Below are positions 14,921-23,905 of a DNA stretch of 64,000 bases, in pieces. The notes under the pieces were generated by a model. That model was given only the letters and a program-made list of their open reading frames with translations, did no database searches and was not told the DNA's origin. A program made the position numbers and the translations under genes. How positions within the stretch are numbered: the first letter of the stretch is position 1; every line of letters begins with the position of its first letter. The DNA is taken from IMG/VR virus record IMGVR_UViG_3300005937_000016, positions 2,425-66,424 of that record, one strand, 5' to 3'. Origin of the DNA: a virus. Lineage: Duplodnaviria > Caudoviricetes.

Positions 14921-16484
14921 AGTGGCCCTCCAGGATGAGTAGGGTCTCCCGGGCACGGGTGGCGGCCACGTAGAGCAGGCGGTAGACATCATCGGCGCCA
15001 GCGCCACCGTGATAGAGTTGCACCTGTTGCGCGCGCGACAGGTCTTTGAAGAACACGACCGTATCGGCCTCGGCGCCTTTGAGGCTATGGGCGGTGCCCA
15101 CGATCACGCGCGGCTCCTCCACTAAGGCCGTGCGCCCATAGGTGCGGTACACGCGCAAGGGATAGGCCAGGCCCTTGGCACGACTTTGCAGCACTTGGTA
15201 TTCCAGCCACTGCAGGTCCCCCGCCAGCGCCCCGGCCAGGCTCTCCGGGAGAAAGAGCTGCTCCAGGGTGGCCAGGGGGCAGGCCCCGTCCTCATCGGCG
15301 TGCAGGGCCACCTGGCTTTTGGCCCCGCGCGTCAGCACCCCGTCGGTGCGGATGAGGGGCAACCAGGTGGCGAGTTCGCGCCAGGTCCAGAGGCGGTCGG
15401 CCGGGCGGGCAAAGTCCAGGAGCCGCTGCGCGGTGCTCACGCCGCGCGGCGGCGGCGCCAGCGGATTCCACGCCCGCTGGCGCCGCCGCCACCGATTGCC
15501 AAAGGGGATGCCGGCACTGCGGAGCACCGCCACGAGCGGCTCCAGCATGTAGGCACACGGGGCGATGCAGGCATAGGTGCCCCAGGGCTCCTCTAGCCAC
15601 GCGCGCAGCGCCCCCAGGACGTAGTCAGGGGTGTCCCACGTGCCGAGCCCGTCCTGACACACGCCCGGCTCGGGCCGCGGCTCCCAGACCTTGGCCTGGC
15701 GCTCGCCAATGGCCTCGGTAAACTGACGGGCGTAGGCTTGCACGCGGGCCGGGACGCGGTACGAGCGGGGCAGCACGCGGCGATTGGGCGCGGCCAGCAG
15801 CGGGCGGAAATCGCCACCACACCAGCGGTAGAGGGCCTGGTCATCATCGCCGGCGCACAGGAAGTGGTCGGTATGCTGTGCCCAGCGCGTCACGACGTCC
15901 CATTGCAGCAGGCTGAGATCCTGGGCCTCGTCCACAATGAGGGTGGTGGGGTTGCCCGGGGCCACGGGGACGAGGGTGCGCGCCCAGTCGAGCAGGTCGG
16001 TAAAGTCGAGAAAGCCGTGCGCCTGTTTCCAGGCCGTCCAGAGGGCAAAAAACTGTTGCGCCTGCGGGGGCCACTCGGCCGTCGGGATGAGCCGGTGGCG
16101 TAAGTGATCGACCAGCTCCAGGAGTTGATCGCCGTAGAGCTTGGGGCCCCGGTGGGGCGACGGGTCGGCGGCGGGATCATCCTGATCCCGGCCCAGTTGC
16201 GCAGAGAGTTCAAACGTGGGATATTCGCTGTTCCATGTGCTATACTCGCCCTCGGCAATGGTGGGATGATCGAGCGCGTGATAGCAATGGCTATGGAGCG
16301 TGCCGATCTGGTTCTTGTCCAGGGGCAGGTGGCGTCCCGCTAATTCCCGGGCGGCCGCCCGGGTATAGGCACACAGGAGTAGACTATCACTGCCGTCTTC
16401 CTCCGCGCGCCGCGTGGCTATGCGGCTCAGTTCGGTGGTTTTTCCCGTCCCCGGTGGTCCAAAAATCACTTCCATGGTTCCCAT
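14913..16484 (-). CDS. Superfamily 1 (UvrD/Rep-like) DNA helicase
   Basis: Walker A GPPGTGKTT; IVDEAQD; GDDDQALY; SYRVP; TAHSLKGAEA; LYVAATRAR. Confidence 0.92.
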   Translation of the reverse strand: MGTMEVIFGPPGTGKTTELSRIATRRAEEDGSDSLLLCAYTRAAARELAGRHLPLDKNQIGTLHSHCYHALDHPTIAEGEYSTWNSEYPTFELSAQLGRDQDDPAADPSPHRGPKLYGDQLLELVDHLRHRLIPTAEWPPQAQQFFALWTAWKQAHGFLDFTDLLDWARTLVPVAPGNPTTLIVDEAQDLSLLQWDVVTRWAQHTDHFLCAGDDDQALYRWCGGDFRPLLAAPNRRVLPRSYRVPARVQAYARQFTEAIGERQAKVWEPRPEPGVCQDGLGTWDTPDYVLGALRAWLEEPWGTYACIAPCAYMLEPLVAVLRSAGIPFGNRWRRRQRAWNPLAPPPRGVSTAQRLLDFARPADRLWTWRELATWLPLIRTDGVLTRGAKSQVALHADEDGACPLATLEQLFLPESLAGALAGDLQWLEYQVLQSRAKGLAYPLRVYRTYGRTALVEEPRVIVGTAHSLKGAEADTVVFFKDLSRAQQVQLYHGGAGADDVYRLLYVAATRARETLLILEGHYG

Positions 16485-16494
16485 CGTCGTTTCT

Positions 16495-16698
16495 CCATAA
16501 CATCCATAAGCGCCCATAATGCATTGATGCCTGCAACCTATTGATTTAATGGGGTTCCATAACACCCATAAGACCCATAAGCGTTTTTTGCGCGTACCTT
16601 TCTTCAAAACCCTTATGGATGTTATGGGTCTTATGGAGACGTTCTATATCAAGCACTTGTGGCCTCCTGTGGATTATGGGGACTTATGGGTGTTATGC
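16495..16698. repeat. Putative replication origin: four clusters of three CCATAA/TTATGG iterons in a mirrored arrangement
   Basis: CCATAA at 16495/16504/16514 and 16557/16566/16575; TTATGG(C) at 16613/16622/16631 and 16674/16684/16693; lies between the replication gene and the helicase. Confidence 0.7.
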
Positions 16699-16710
16699 GG
16701 ACCTTATATA

Positions 16711-17757
16711 TCAAGGAGTTATCTCCTCCTGGAGCGGAAGGGAACGACTCGGTGTTATGGGGTCTCCCCCGCTGGTCTCCTCCTGGAGGTCTTTGGCCAC
16801 CAGACGCCAGACGCTCCGTGTCGTGTGTTTCGGGCGCTCAATCGTGATCGTCAGCCGCCGCCCATGGAGGAGGCGGAGCAAATCCAGGATGTCTGGCTGC
16901 GTGAGGCGTGGGTTAAAGAGACGGACATACGGCCACAAATGTTTGACGGAGAGATACACCGCCCCCTCGCGGACAAACGGGCGCGAGCCGTGCGCCAGTA
17001 TTTCCCATTCTTCCGTGCTGGTGTCGCGGTCTGGGTCGCAGAAGTGCGCCTCCAGGTACGCGCGGACCATCGTGCGCGCCTGCCCCGCGCGCGTCATTTC
17101 CGGGGTATCGACCATCTGCGCCACCAGGCCGAGCAGGTGCAAGTGATGCTCCCACAGGTGGATGTCCCGCGGCTGATAGCGCGGAATCATATGATTGGTG
17201 CGCTCAAAGATGCGCTGTCGGACCGTGGCCTGCGCAAAGAGATCCTTGGTGGTCCCGAGGCCGATTTCGCGGCCGTCCACCAGTCGTAAATGCCACAAGG
17301 TGTTCTCGTCCCCGTGTTTAATGACCGCGGCCAACGCGATCCCCCACGTATCGGAGATGGTGTCGAGGAGGCGCTCCCGCGCAAAATCGAGATCCCCGGT
17401 GTTGGTCCGCAGGCGTGACTCCTGGATCATGAGTTCGCAGTAGGCCGCCGACGGCTCCGGCCGCGCACTGCGGCGGTTGCCGTCCCGAATGAGCGCCACA
17501 ATCTGCTCCACGCTCCACCCCGATTTGACCCCCGCATCGGCCAGCAGGATATCGTAGAGTTGGTGCCGCTCCTCATCCGTCTCCGGATCCCGCTTCAGCG
17601 CCCGCTGGATACTCGGATAGTCGAGGAGCAACGTCACCAGCACCTGCGGATCCAGGGGACTGTGCAGGTCCTCCGCCTCGCCCGGCCGATCAAGGGGTGC
17701 CTGGCCATTGTGCGCGAAGCGCGGATCATGCGAGTGCGGGTGGTCGGCCATGGGCAT
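16711..17757 (-). CDS. Putative replication / origin-binding protein with a primase-C-terminal-like helical domain
   Basis: YDILLADAGVKSGWSVEQIVALIR resembles primase accessory helical domains; adjacent to the iterons and helicase. Confidence 0.45.
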   Translation of the reverse strand: MPMADHPHSHDPRFAHNGQAPLDRPGEAEDLHSPLDPQVLVTLLLDYPSIQRALKRDPETDEERHQLYDILLADAGVKSGWSVEQIVALIRDGNRRSARPEPSAAYCELMIQESRLRTNTGDLDFARERLLDTISDTWGIALAAVIKHGDENTLWHLRLVDGREIGLGTTKDLFAQATVRQRIFERTNHMIPRYQPRDIHLWEHHLHLLGLVAQMVDTPEMTRAGQARTMVRAYLEAHFCDPDRDTSTEEWEILAHGSRPFVREGAVYLSVKHLWPYVRLFNPRLTQPDILDLLRLLHGRRLTITIERPKHTTRSVWRLVAKDLQEETSGGDPITPSRSLPLQEEITP

Positions 17758-17787
17758 ATCCTCTGCGTGCACGCTGACACGCCATCG

Positions 17788-17841
17788 AGTACGCTTACGT
17801 ACTGACGATGATGCTTATATAGTACTCCAGGGTACTGGAAA
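17788..17841. promoter_or_regulatory. Palindromic operator candidates between divergent genes
   Basis: AGTACG-ctta-CGTACT and TCCAG-ggta-CTGGA in the AT-richer gap next to an XRE gene. Confidence 0.4.
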
Positions 17842-17922
17842 TGTCAATAGAACATCTTTCTTATGTTGCATCCATGACCGTACACAGGTACTATCTTCAG
17901 TGCCACTAGGCAGGAGGTGCGC

Positions 17923-18171
17923 ATGGCTCTCGGAGATCGCGTGCGGAGACGGCGAGAATATCTGGGACTCTCCCAGCAAGACGTGGCCGTCCTCACGGCC
18001 ATGCCCCAGACGATCATCTCGCGCATTGAGCGTGGGGTGAACAAAAACCCTGGCGCGGATGTCCTGCGGCGCTTGGCGACGGCGCTCCGCTGTTCCGTCG
18101 ATTGGCTCCTTGAAATGTACGACGACACCGCGGACCCCTCCCTCGCCGTCCTGGCCTGTGCCTCCCCCTAG
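17923..18171 (+). CDS. XRE-family HTH transcriptional regulator
   Basis: LGDRVRRRR..LGLSQQDVA...ISRIERG; RBS AGGAGG. Confidence 0.9.
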   Translation: MALGDRVRRRREYLGLSQQDVAVLTAMPQTIISRIERGVNKNPGADVLRRLATALRCSVDWLLEMYDDTADPSLAVLACASP

Positions 18172-18203
18172 GCGCTGCCCCTGGTCCCGCGCGGTGTCCT
18201 CCG

Positions 18204-18371
18204 CTAGTGCCACCACCAGGTGATCAGCCACACCCCGCCCGCCCCCACGATGATGCCCCAGCACACCCCGGCCAGAAACGCCAGCAGGAGGGGCGGCGCC
18301 GGTGGGGGCTCCAGCAGCACCAGGACCCGGGGGCCCCGGGGGTCGTCGTTGTGGGGGGAGAGGTCGGGCAT
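18204..18371 (-). CDS. Small single-TM membrane protein
   Basis: Manual translation MPDLSPH...LLLAFLAGVCWGIIVGAGGVWLITWWWH. Confidence 0.45.
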   Translation of the reverse strand: MPDLSPHNDDPRGPRVLVLLEPPPAPPLLLAFLAGVCWGIIVGAGGVWLITWWWH

Positions 18372-18388
18372 GGCGGCGGCTCCTTACG

Positions 18389-18607
18389 TCATGGGGGCGT
18401 GCCCTCCGGTAAAGTACGCACATAGGCAAACAGAGGTAGCTGCCCTTGCTGGTGCTCTCCTCTCCGAAAGGCTCCATGGCATTTATGGTCACACAAGATA
18501 TGCCCACGAATATCACGGAAGCGACGCAAGAGCATTGCGCCGCATTGATGACAAAAAACCGTCAACCTCACTACAGGTTTGCCATGCGTCGTTGTGCCTA
18601 TCTGCAT
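18389..18607 (-). CDS. Small Zn-finger protein
   Basis: FCHQCG...LCDHKC motif of the type found in HNH-associated fingers. Confidence 0.45.
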   Translation of the reverse strand: MQIGTTTHGKPVVRLTVFCHQCGAMLLRRFRDIRGHILCDHKCHGAFRRGEHQQGQLPLFAYVRTLPEGTPP

Positions 18608-18888
18608 AGAAAGATCGGTTATGTTACGAGACATACTGTGCGGGCCTGTGAGCGGTGTGGCATGACTTTCGTTGTCTATAATAAGCGCCAATCTCGCTGT
18701 CAACCGTGTCGAAAACTCCGTATAGAGCCGCTGGCGTGTCTGGTCTGTAAGCAGCCAGTCTGGAGTACTCGCAGTCTTACCTGTTCTCGGTCTTGTAATA
18801 CCGCCTTGGGACATCGACAGCGATAAAGACGCTCCGGCCCACTCATCGACCAGGGGCGCCTTGCTCACCTCAGTTCCTTCCCGGTGGT

Positions 18889-19176
18889 TCATCGGTCCTC
18901 CATCTCCGTCCAGTTATATTTCTCTGCCAGCCGCTGCGCTTCCTCCGGGTGCTGCTCCAAATATGCGGCAATGGCGGCGCCGAAGCCGCCGCGTTTGTGG
19001 GCGGCCTGGGCCCGCCCGGGCCACCAGTGGCGGGGGCGCTCGACAATATCCTGATCCGTCCAGCCGCGGTGGCGCCGGCCCCGTAAGCGGCCGATGGGTT
19101 GCCCGGTCAGCGCCGCTATCTCGGCGTAGGTGAGGGTCTGCCCCTGATACTCCAGCAGGATGGCGCGGCGCCCCAT
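18889..19176 (-). CDS. Small DNA-binding protein resembling the C-terminal HTH of phage HNH endonucleases
   Basis: LEYQGQTLTYAEIA.LTG.....LRGR.HRGWT, similar to the tail of the 40809-41480 protein. Confidence 0.6.
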   Translation of the reverse strand: MGRRAILLEYQGQTLTYAEIAALTGQPIGRLRGRRHRGWTDQDIVERPRHWWPGRAQAAHKRGGFGAAIAAYLEQHPEEAQRLAEKYNWTEMEDR

Positions 19177-19185
19177 GATGTATGC

Positions 19186-19410
19186 CTACTGGCGACGGCC
19201 ACGGCGGCCACGGCGGCCACCACAGGCCAGGGCGCGCCGTCCGGTGGGGGGTCCGTCTGGCACCAGGCGCACCTCGATCCGCCAGCCCAGGGCTTCGAGT
19301 TCCCCCTGCGCGGCGCGGGCGGCTTCCAGGGTGGGGTGCCACTCGGTGAGCCAGCAGGCGTCGTCGTCTTGGAGGCCGTAGGCGGTGAGCAGATAGGGGC
19401 GGTGGTGCAT
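19186..19410 (-). CDS. Hypothetical protein
   Basis: RBS AGGAG; part of the leftward operon. Confidence 0.5.
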   Translation of the reverse strand: MHHRPYLLTAYGLQDDDACWLTEWHPTLEAARAAQGELEALGWRIEVRLVPDGPPTGRRALACGGRRGRRGRRQ

Positions 19411-19425
19411 GAGAAGTCTCCTGTA

Positions 19426-20505
19426 TTACGCAACAAAAAGAAGCATTTGGTGAGGGGCATGTCCCCCAGGATGCTGTGCATCGAGGATCGTCTGTGTGGG
19501 AATATCCATAGATCGGGGGATAGGAGCGTTCATATGGATAACCGTTGCAATGGCCCCACCCTTGACGCCATAGGCTTTGGCAAGGCTCTGCATACTTTCG
19601 CCGGTCAACCAACGCTGGACAATGGCTTGTTTTTCCTCAGCGGACAACGGTTCTCTCCCGAAGCGTTGGCGCACAAAACACGGTTGACAGCGCGTACCAG
19701 CCCGTGAACTCGGCTTGCCACAGTGCGGGCAAATACCGCGCTTTTGCGAAGGAGGACGTTTGATGTTATGCCAGGCTTCACGACAGGAGGATGAGCAAAA
19801 AGAGCGTCCCCGGAGCCGACTTGAACTATCTCGAAAGATCTGTTGACAGTATCGGCAGAGTTTCTCTTGTGTCGAGAATAAGGCCCGACAGCGCGCAGAA
19901 CAGAACTGATGCGCTTGTCTCAACTTTTCATTCTGTTTATAGATACGCGACTGACATGTGGCACAGGAGACATAGCGCCCTTGACGTTGCGCCGCGTCAT
20001 AGCACGGTTTGGAGCAAAAGTGTTCCCTCCGTGTGCGGACACTGTTCACGCCCTGTTGTGGTAAGGGGTTTTGGCATGTTTCACAGAGACCCCTATAGCC
20101 CTTGCCAATCGTATAGACCAGGAATTCCGTACGTGGAGTGATGTCTCCGCGTACAATGCTACTTGCGACTTGAATGACCTGCACATCGTCAGCCCATAGC
20201 AGGCCATTGCAAGCATCAAAGAGCAGCTTAATCAAATTATCAAGGTCTTTGCGTTGACGATTTTTCGTAAAAAATCCAACGCAGACGCCGAGATCATGCG
20301 AACGATTCATCGTCAACTGTGGATAGGCTTTTCGTATCGACCACGCAATATAGTCTTGCGCTTCTTTGGTTTGGCGTGGCGTATAGACCTGCCCATTAAA
20401 GCGTGGACGGGCTTTGGTGCCAGGCTCTCCAGGAAACGCAAGTTGGCAGAGAATACGTTGGGGTTCTGGGGGCGCAAAGAGTGGAAGACGTATCGTGAGA
20501 CGCAT
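19426..20505 (-). CDS. rusA: RusA-like Holliday junction resolvase fused to multiple Zn fingers (alternative start 20733)
   Basis: GEPGTKARPR...YTP; RKDLDNLIKLLFDACNG.LWADDVQV; repeated C..C...FCS..C fingers. Confidence 0.8.
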   Translation of the reverse strand: MRLTIRLPLFAPPEPQRILCQLAFPGEPGTKARPRFNGQVYTPRQTKEAQDYIAWSIRKAYPQLTMNRSHDLGVCVGFFTKNRQRKDLDNLIKLLFDACNGLLWADDVQVIQVASSIVRGDITPRTEFLVYTIGKGYRGLCETCQNPLPQQGVNSVRTRREHFCSKPCYDAAQRQGRYVSCATCQSRIYKQNEKLRQAHQFCSARCRALFSTQEKLCRYCQQIFRDSSSRLRGRSFCSSSCREAWHNIKRPPSQKRGICPHCGKPSSRAGTRCQPCFVRQRFGREPLSAEEKQAIVQRWLTGESMQSLAKAYGVKGGAIATVIHMNAPIPRSMDIPTQTILDAQHPGGHAPHQMLLFVA

Positions 20506-20732
20506 GGACTCATCCTCTTGGTATGATGAGACTCTTGGTTGAGACGACAAGGCAGAGGGACCAAGAGAAGACACTCGTTCCCCATGGGTAGCTAATCCAT
20601 GAGTAGCCTTGTCGTTGACAGAGACCACTGTCTGACGCTGATGGTTTTTTGGCGGCTGCGGCACAGCCCCGCCCACGACGCGATACCCCGGTTTCTGGAG
20701 TTGGGCGCGTAACCACGCCTCGTCATAGGGCA

Positions 20733-20903
20733 TTAGTCGTGCCTTTCCAGGGCGGCCCACGCCCCGACGGCGCTCCCCACAATGAGGGCGTCCAGGAGCA
20801 CCACCCCGGGATGGAGCTGCACCACGTAGATGCCCAACCAGCTGACAGCGAGGCAGCACAGCACCGTGACCAGCAGGGTCTGCGGGAGCGTCCAGCGACT
20901 CAT
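20733..20903 (-). CDS. Small two-TM membrane protein
   Basis: Manual translation MSRWTLPQTLLVTVLCCLAVSWLGIYVVQ...; TAATG coupling. Confidence 0.45.
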   Translation of the reverse strand: MSRWTLPQTLLVTVLCCLAVSWLGIYVVQLHPGVVLLDALIVGSAVGAWAALERHD

Positions 20904-20921
20904 GGCGCGCACTGTCGTGTG

Positions 20922-21146
20922 TTAGGCATCATGGCTCACCTTTTCCGGTATAGGTAGACTGACGGTGGCGATCAGGTCGTGCACGTCACAATCCAGCACC
21001 TCTGCCAGCACCAACAAATCATCGACTTTCAGCTTCAAGATGCCACGCTCCAGGCGTGAGAGTTTCGAAGTCAGCATGCCGGCACGGAGGGCGAGGGCCG
21101 TGACGGTCAGTCCAGCTTGTTCACGTTTGGCACGTAAGGGGGACAT
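20922..21146 (-). CDS. Cro-like XRE regulator
   Basis: LRAKREQAGLTVTALA.....SKLSRLERG; divergent from the repressor gene. Confidence 0.85.
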   Translation of the reverse strand: MSPLRAKREQAGLTVTALALRAGMLTSKLSRLERGILKLKVDDLLVLAEVLDCDVHDLIATVSLPIPEKVSHDA

Positions 21147-21158
21147 GGGGCTCTCCTC

Positions 21159-21261
21159 TTGCAAAGATTGCAACATCCTAACCCATGACTTGCAAAGATT
21201 GCAAGGGAAATAGGTAGCATTGCAATTTTTGCAAAGCAGGGTATCATTGCAATATTTGCAA
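21159..21261. promoter_or_regulatory. Four operators TTGCAA-N3-TTGCAA of the lysis/lysogeny switch
   Basis: Copies at 21159-21173, 21190-21204, 21220-21234 and 21247-21261, between two divergent HTH genes. Confidence 0.8.
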
Positions 21262-21304
21262 TGGCATGTTTGCCAGGCTATTCATGGTGCCAGGGGAGAG
21301 TGCT

Positions 21305-21637
21305 ATGGGGTATGGAGAGCGGATTAAACACTACCGCGTGTTGCGGCAGATGAGTCAGGAGGTGTTCGCCGAACGTACGGGCATCACCTACACCTCGATT
21401 AGTCGCATTGAGCATGGTACGCGCAAAGTCACGTTGGAAGAAGCTGTGACCATTGCTACCGTTTTAGGTATTAGCCTGGAGGACCTGGCAGGGACCCCGG
21501 CATGTGCTGGCCAGCAGGACGAAGTGAAACTCTTGGCTCAGCACTGGGCACAGAAAATGCGGGAGGCTGAAACGATTGTGCATGAAGCCAGCACCGTGGC
21601 TGCTTATCTCGATCACACCTTGTCGTGTTTGTCCTAA
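21305..21637 (+). CDS. cI-like XRE repressor (no peptidase domain)
   Basis: GERIKHYRVLRQMSQE.FA..TGI....ISRIEHG; upstream of the integrase. Confidence 0.85.
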   Translation: MGYGERIKHYRVLRQMSQEVFAERTGITYTSISRIEHGTRKVTLEEAVTIATVLGISLEDLAGTPACAGQQDEVKLLAQHWAQKMREAETIVHEASTVAAYLDHTLSCLS

Positions 21638-21754
21638 CGATATTTGTTTTACGATATGCTCATCCCCCTTCCTCCCTTGACCCCGACGTCCCCTGCACCA
21701 CCGGATACTCGCACCAATCAATTCTGGGGCTTTTCTCACGCGAAAGGACCTCAG

Positions 21755-22615
21755 ATGCCAGTCTACACGCTCGATCAGCTCCTGCACATCTACGCCACGC
21801 AGTATCTCCCCCAGCTCGCGCCCCGCACGCAGTACCAGCGCAGGCGCCTGTTCGCCCGCTTTGCCACCGACCTTGGTGCCTTCCCCCTCGACACCCTCAC
21901 GCCGCTCCGGCTGCGGCACTACCGTGACGCACTCAGCCGTACCCTGAAGCCTGGCACCGTGCGCCAATACCTCGATGCGCTGTCCGCGGTCTTCACGGTG
22001 GCCGTGGAGGAACTGGAATGGCTCGACGTCAATCCCCTGGCCAAAGTGCGCAAGCCCCCCGCCTCCCCAGGCCGCGTACGGGTCCTCTCGACGGAGGAGC
22101 GCACCCGCCTCCTGGCCGCCTGTGCCGCTAGCCCGAACCCGAGCCTGTACCGTCTCGTCCTCCTGGCCCTCACCACGGGCGCCAGACGCGGTGAGCTGCT
22201 CAGCCTGACCTGGCAGCACGTGGATCTGGAGCGCGGCTTCCTGCGGCTGGCCCAGACCAAAAACCGCGAGCGCCGGGCCGTCCCCGTCCCGTCGCAGACG
22301 CTGACGCAGCTCACGCGCTGGAGCCAGGGCCAGCCGCTCGCGGGTTGGGTCGTGCCCCGTTCCAGCGGCCGCTCCGTGTTTCCCGGCGAACATGCCTGGA
22401 AAGTCGCCTTGAAGAAGGCCGATGTGCCGGACTTTCGGTTTCATGATTTGCGCCATACCTTTGCCTCGTATCTGGCGATGAGTGGCGCCACGCTGGCGGA
22501 AATTGCCGAGGTCCTCGGGCACAAGACGCTGAGCATGGTACGGCGCTACATCCACTTCACGCAGCCGCACACGCAGGGCCTCGTGGAAAAGATGGCGGCA
22601 ACGTTCTTGGCGTGA
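21755..22615 (+). CDS. int: Tyrosine recombinase / integrase
   Basis: LALTTGARRGELL, KTKN-like TKN, FHDLRHTFAS, LGHK...VRRY catalytic R-K-H-R-H-Y set. Confidence 0.93.
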   Translation: MPVYTLDQLLHIYATQYLPQLAPRTQYQRRRLFARFATDLGAFPLDTLTPLRLRHYRDALSRTLKPGTVRQYLDALSAVFTVAVEELEWLDVNPLAKVRKPPASPGRVRVLSTEERTRLLAACAASPNPSLYRLVLLALTTGARRGELLSLTWQHVDLERGFLRLAQTKNRERRAVPVPSQTLTQLTRWSQGQPLAGWVVPRSSGRSVFPGEHAWKVALKKADVPDFRFHDLRHTFASYLAMSGATLAEIAEVLGHKTLSMVRRYIHFTQPHTQGLVEKMAATFLA

Positions 22616-22660
22616 GGCGGAGACTGGGAGAGGGCGGGCCTGTGCCCGCCCTGCGGATAC

Positions 22661-22858
22661 TTAGTCATCACGCTGGCATGCTCGGCAGCGGACGCGGCGG
22701 CGGCTGGCAACGTCTTTCCTGATGGTGTGGAGGGAGCGGATGACCGGAAAGAGATGGCCACAGGAGAGTCTGGGATAGAAACACGGCTGGCCATGAACGA
22801 TATACTCCGCCGCTTCGATGACTCGCCGTAGTGGGTGTCGGTCGGTCGTGGTGTGCAT
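22661..22858 (-). CDS. Small Cys-containing hypothetical protein
   Basis: LSCGH...CRAC; RBS AGGAG. Confidence 0.5.
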   Translation of the reverse strand: MHTTTDRHPLRRVIEAAEYIVHGQPCFYPRLSCGHLFPVIRSLHTIRKDVASRRRVRCRACQRDD

Positions 22859-22903
22859 GATGGTCTCCTGTTGAACGGGGCGCTTCACCGCGCCCCGTCT
22901 GGG

Positions 22904-23776
22904 TCAGTCGTCGTCCTGGGTGCGGGCGGCGCTGGGGTCGCTCGGCGTCTGCAGCAGGCAGGCGGGGGAGGCGGTGCTGGTCAGCAAGAGATTGCGTCGC
23001 CAATGATTGGCGACGCAGCCGCCTGACAGGTCGATGGCATCGGGGAGGCCAGAGAGACGATTCGCCAGCACGCGATTATCGCGCCCATCCACCACCAGGG
23101 CGGGACCATCGAGGCGGGCGGGACCATCGAGGTTGGTGATCGTGCTCAGGCGAATCGTATTATCGTTGCCCTGCACCAGCAGGGCGGGATACGGGTAGGA
23201 AAAATCTGTGAGCCTGGCCGTGACGGTGACATCCTCTACACGATTGCCGTGGCCATCGATGGTCACACAGCCATTGGCCCACAGTCCCGGACAGTCGATC
23301 ACACTGTGTTCCAGGCGGTTGTCGTTGCCGTGGATGGCAATTGCCGGGTGCCCTACGGCGTAGGTGACGCTTACCCTGGTGAGGCGATTGTCGTTGCTGC
23401 TCACAAGGATTGTGCCATCGACTCCGCCGGTGCTGATATTCTCCACGCGGTGCCCGCCCTGCCCTTCCAGCACCAGCGCGTCATGCATAAAACCGCGAAT
23501 GGTGCCGTTACGGACCTGCGAGCGGGTGCCCCTGAGGGTGAGACAGCCCACGCTACGGCAATCCAGGGTAAAGCCCCGTAGATCCAGCGTGGCAGATTCC
23601 AGCCCGAGGCCAGAGACCTGCGAGGTGCAGATGAGGTCAGCGGTGAGGTAATAGCTGGTCGGGCCGCGCAGCGTCTGCCCGCAGGCCGTGACGGGGACAG
23701 GGGGCGCCGCGACAGCGGCCGTGGTGAGCAGCAGGCTCACCAGCGTGAGCAGGGACAGGGCTAGGCGAGCAACCAT
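22904..23776 (-). CDS. Secreted right-handed beta-helix protein (moron)
   Basis: Signal peptide ending AVA; VTACGQTL...Y.LTADL.C...ATLDLRGFTL; N-ladder repeats. Confidence 0.8.
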   Translation of the reverse strand: MVARLALSLLTLVSLLLTTAAVAAPPVPVTACGQTLRGPTSYYLTADLICTSQVSGLGLESATLDLRGFTLDCRSVGCLTLRGTRSQVRNGTIRGFMHDALVLEGQGGHRVENISTGGVDGTILVSSNDNRLTRVSVTYAVGHPAIAIHGNDNRLEHSVIDCPGLWANGCVTIDGHGNRVEDVTVTARLTDFSYPYPALLVQGNDNTIRLSTITNLDGPARLDGPALVVDGRDNRVLANRLSGLPDAIDLSGGCVANHWRRNLLLTSTASPACLLQTPSDPSAARTQDDD

Positions 23777-23905
23777 GGTCGTCTCCTTCTCGGGGCAGGC
23801 CGTGCGCCTGCCCGTGTCGGTCGTTTAGCGCCACAGCTCCCACAGCAGGAGGAGGGCACATACGCCTATGAGGCACAGCAGCAGCGCTTGCAATGCCTCC
23901 ATTGC

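Noticed and set aside
21638-22660. attP site near the integrase
   Set aside because: No tRNA-derived core or arm-type repeats were identifiable by eye.
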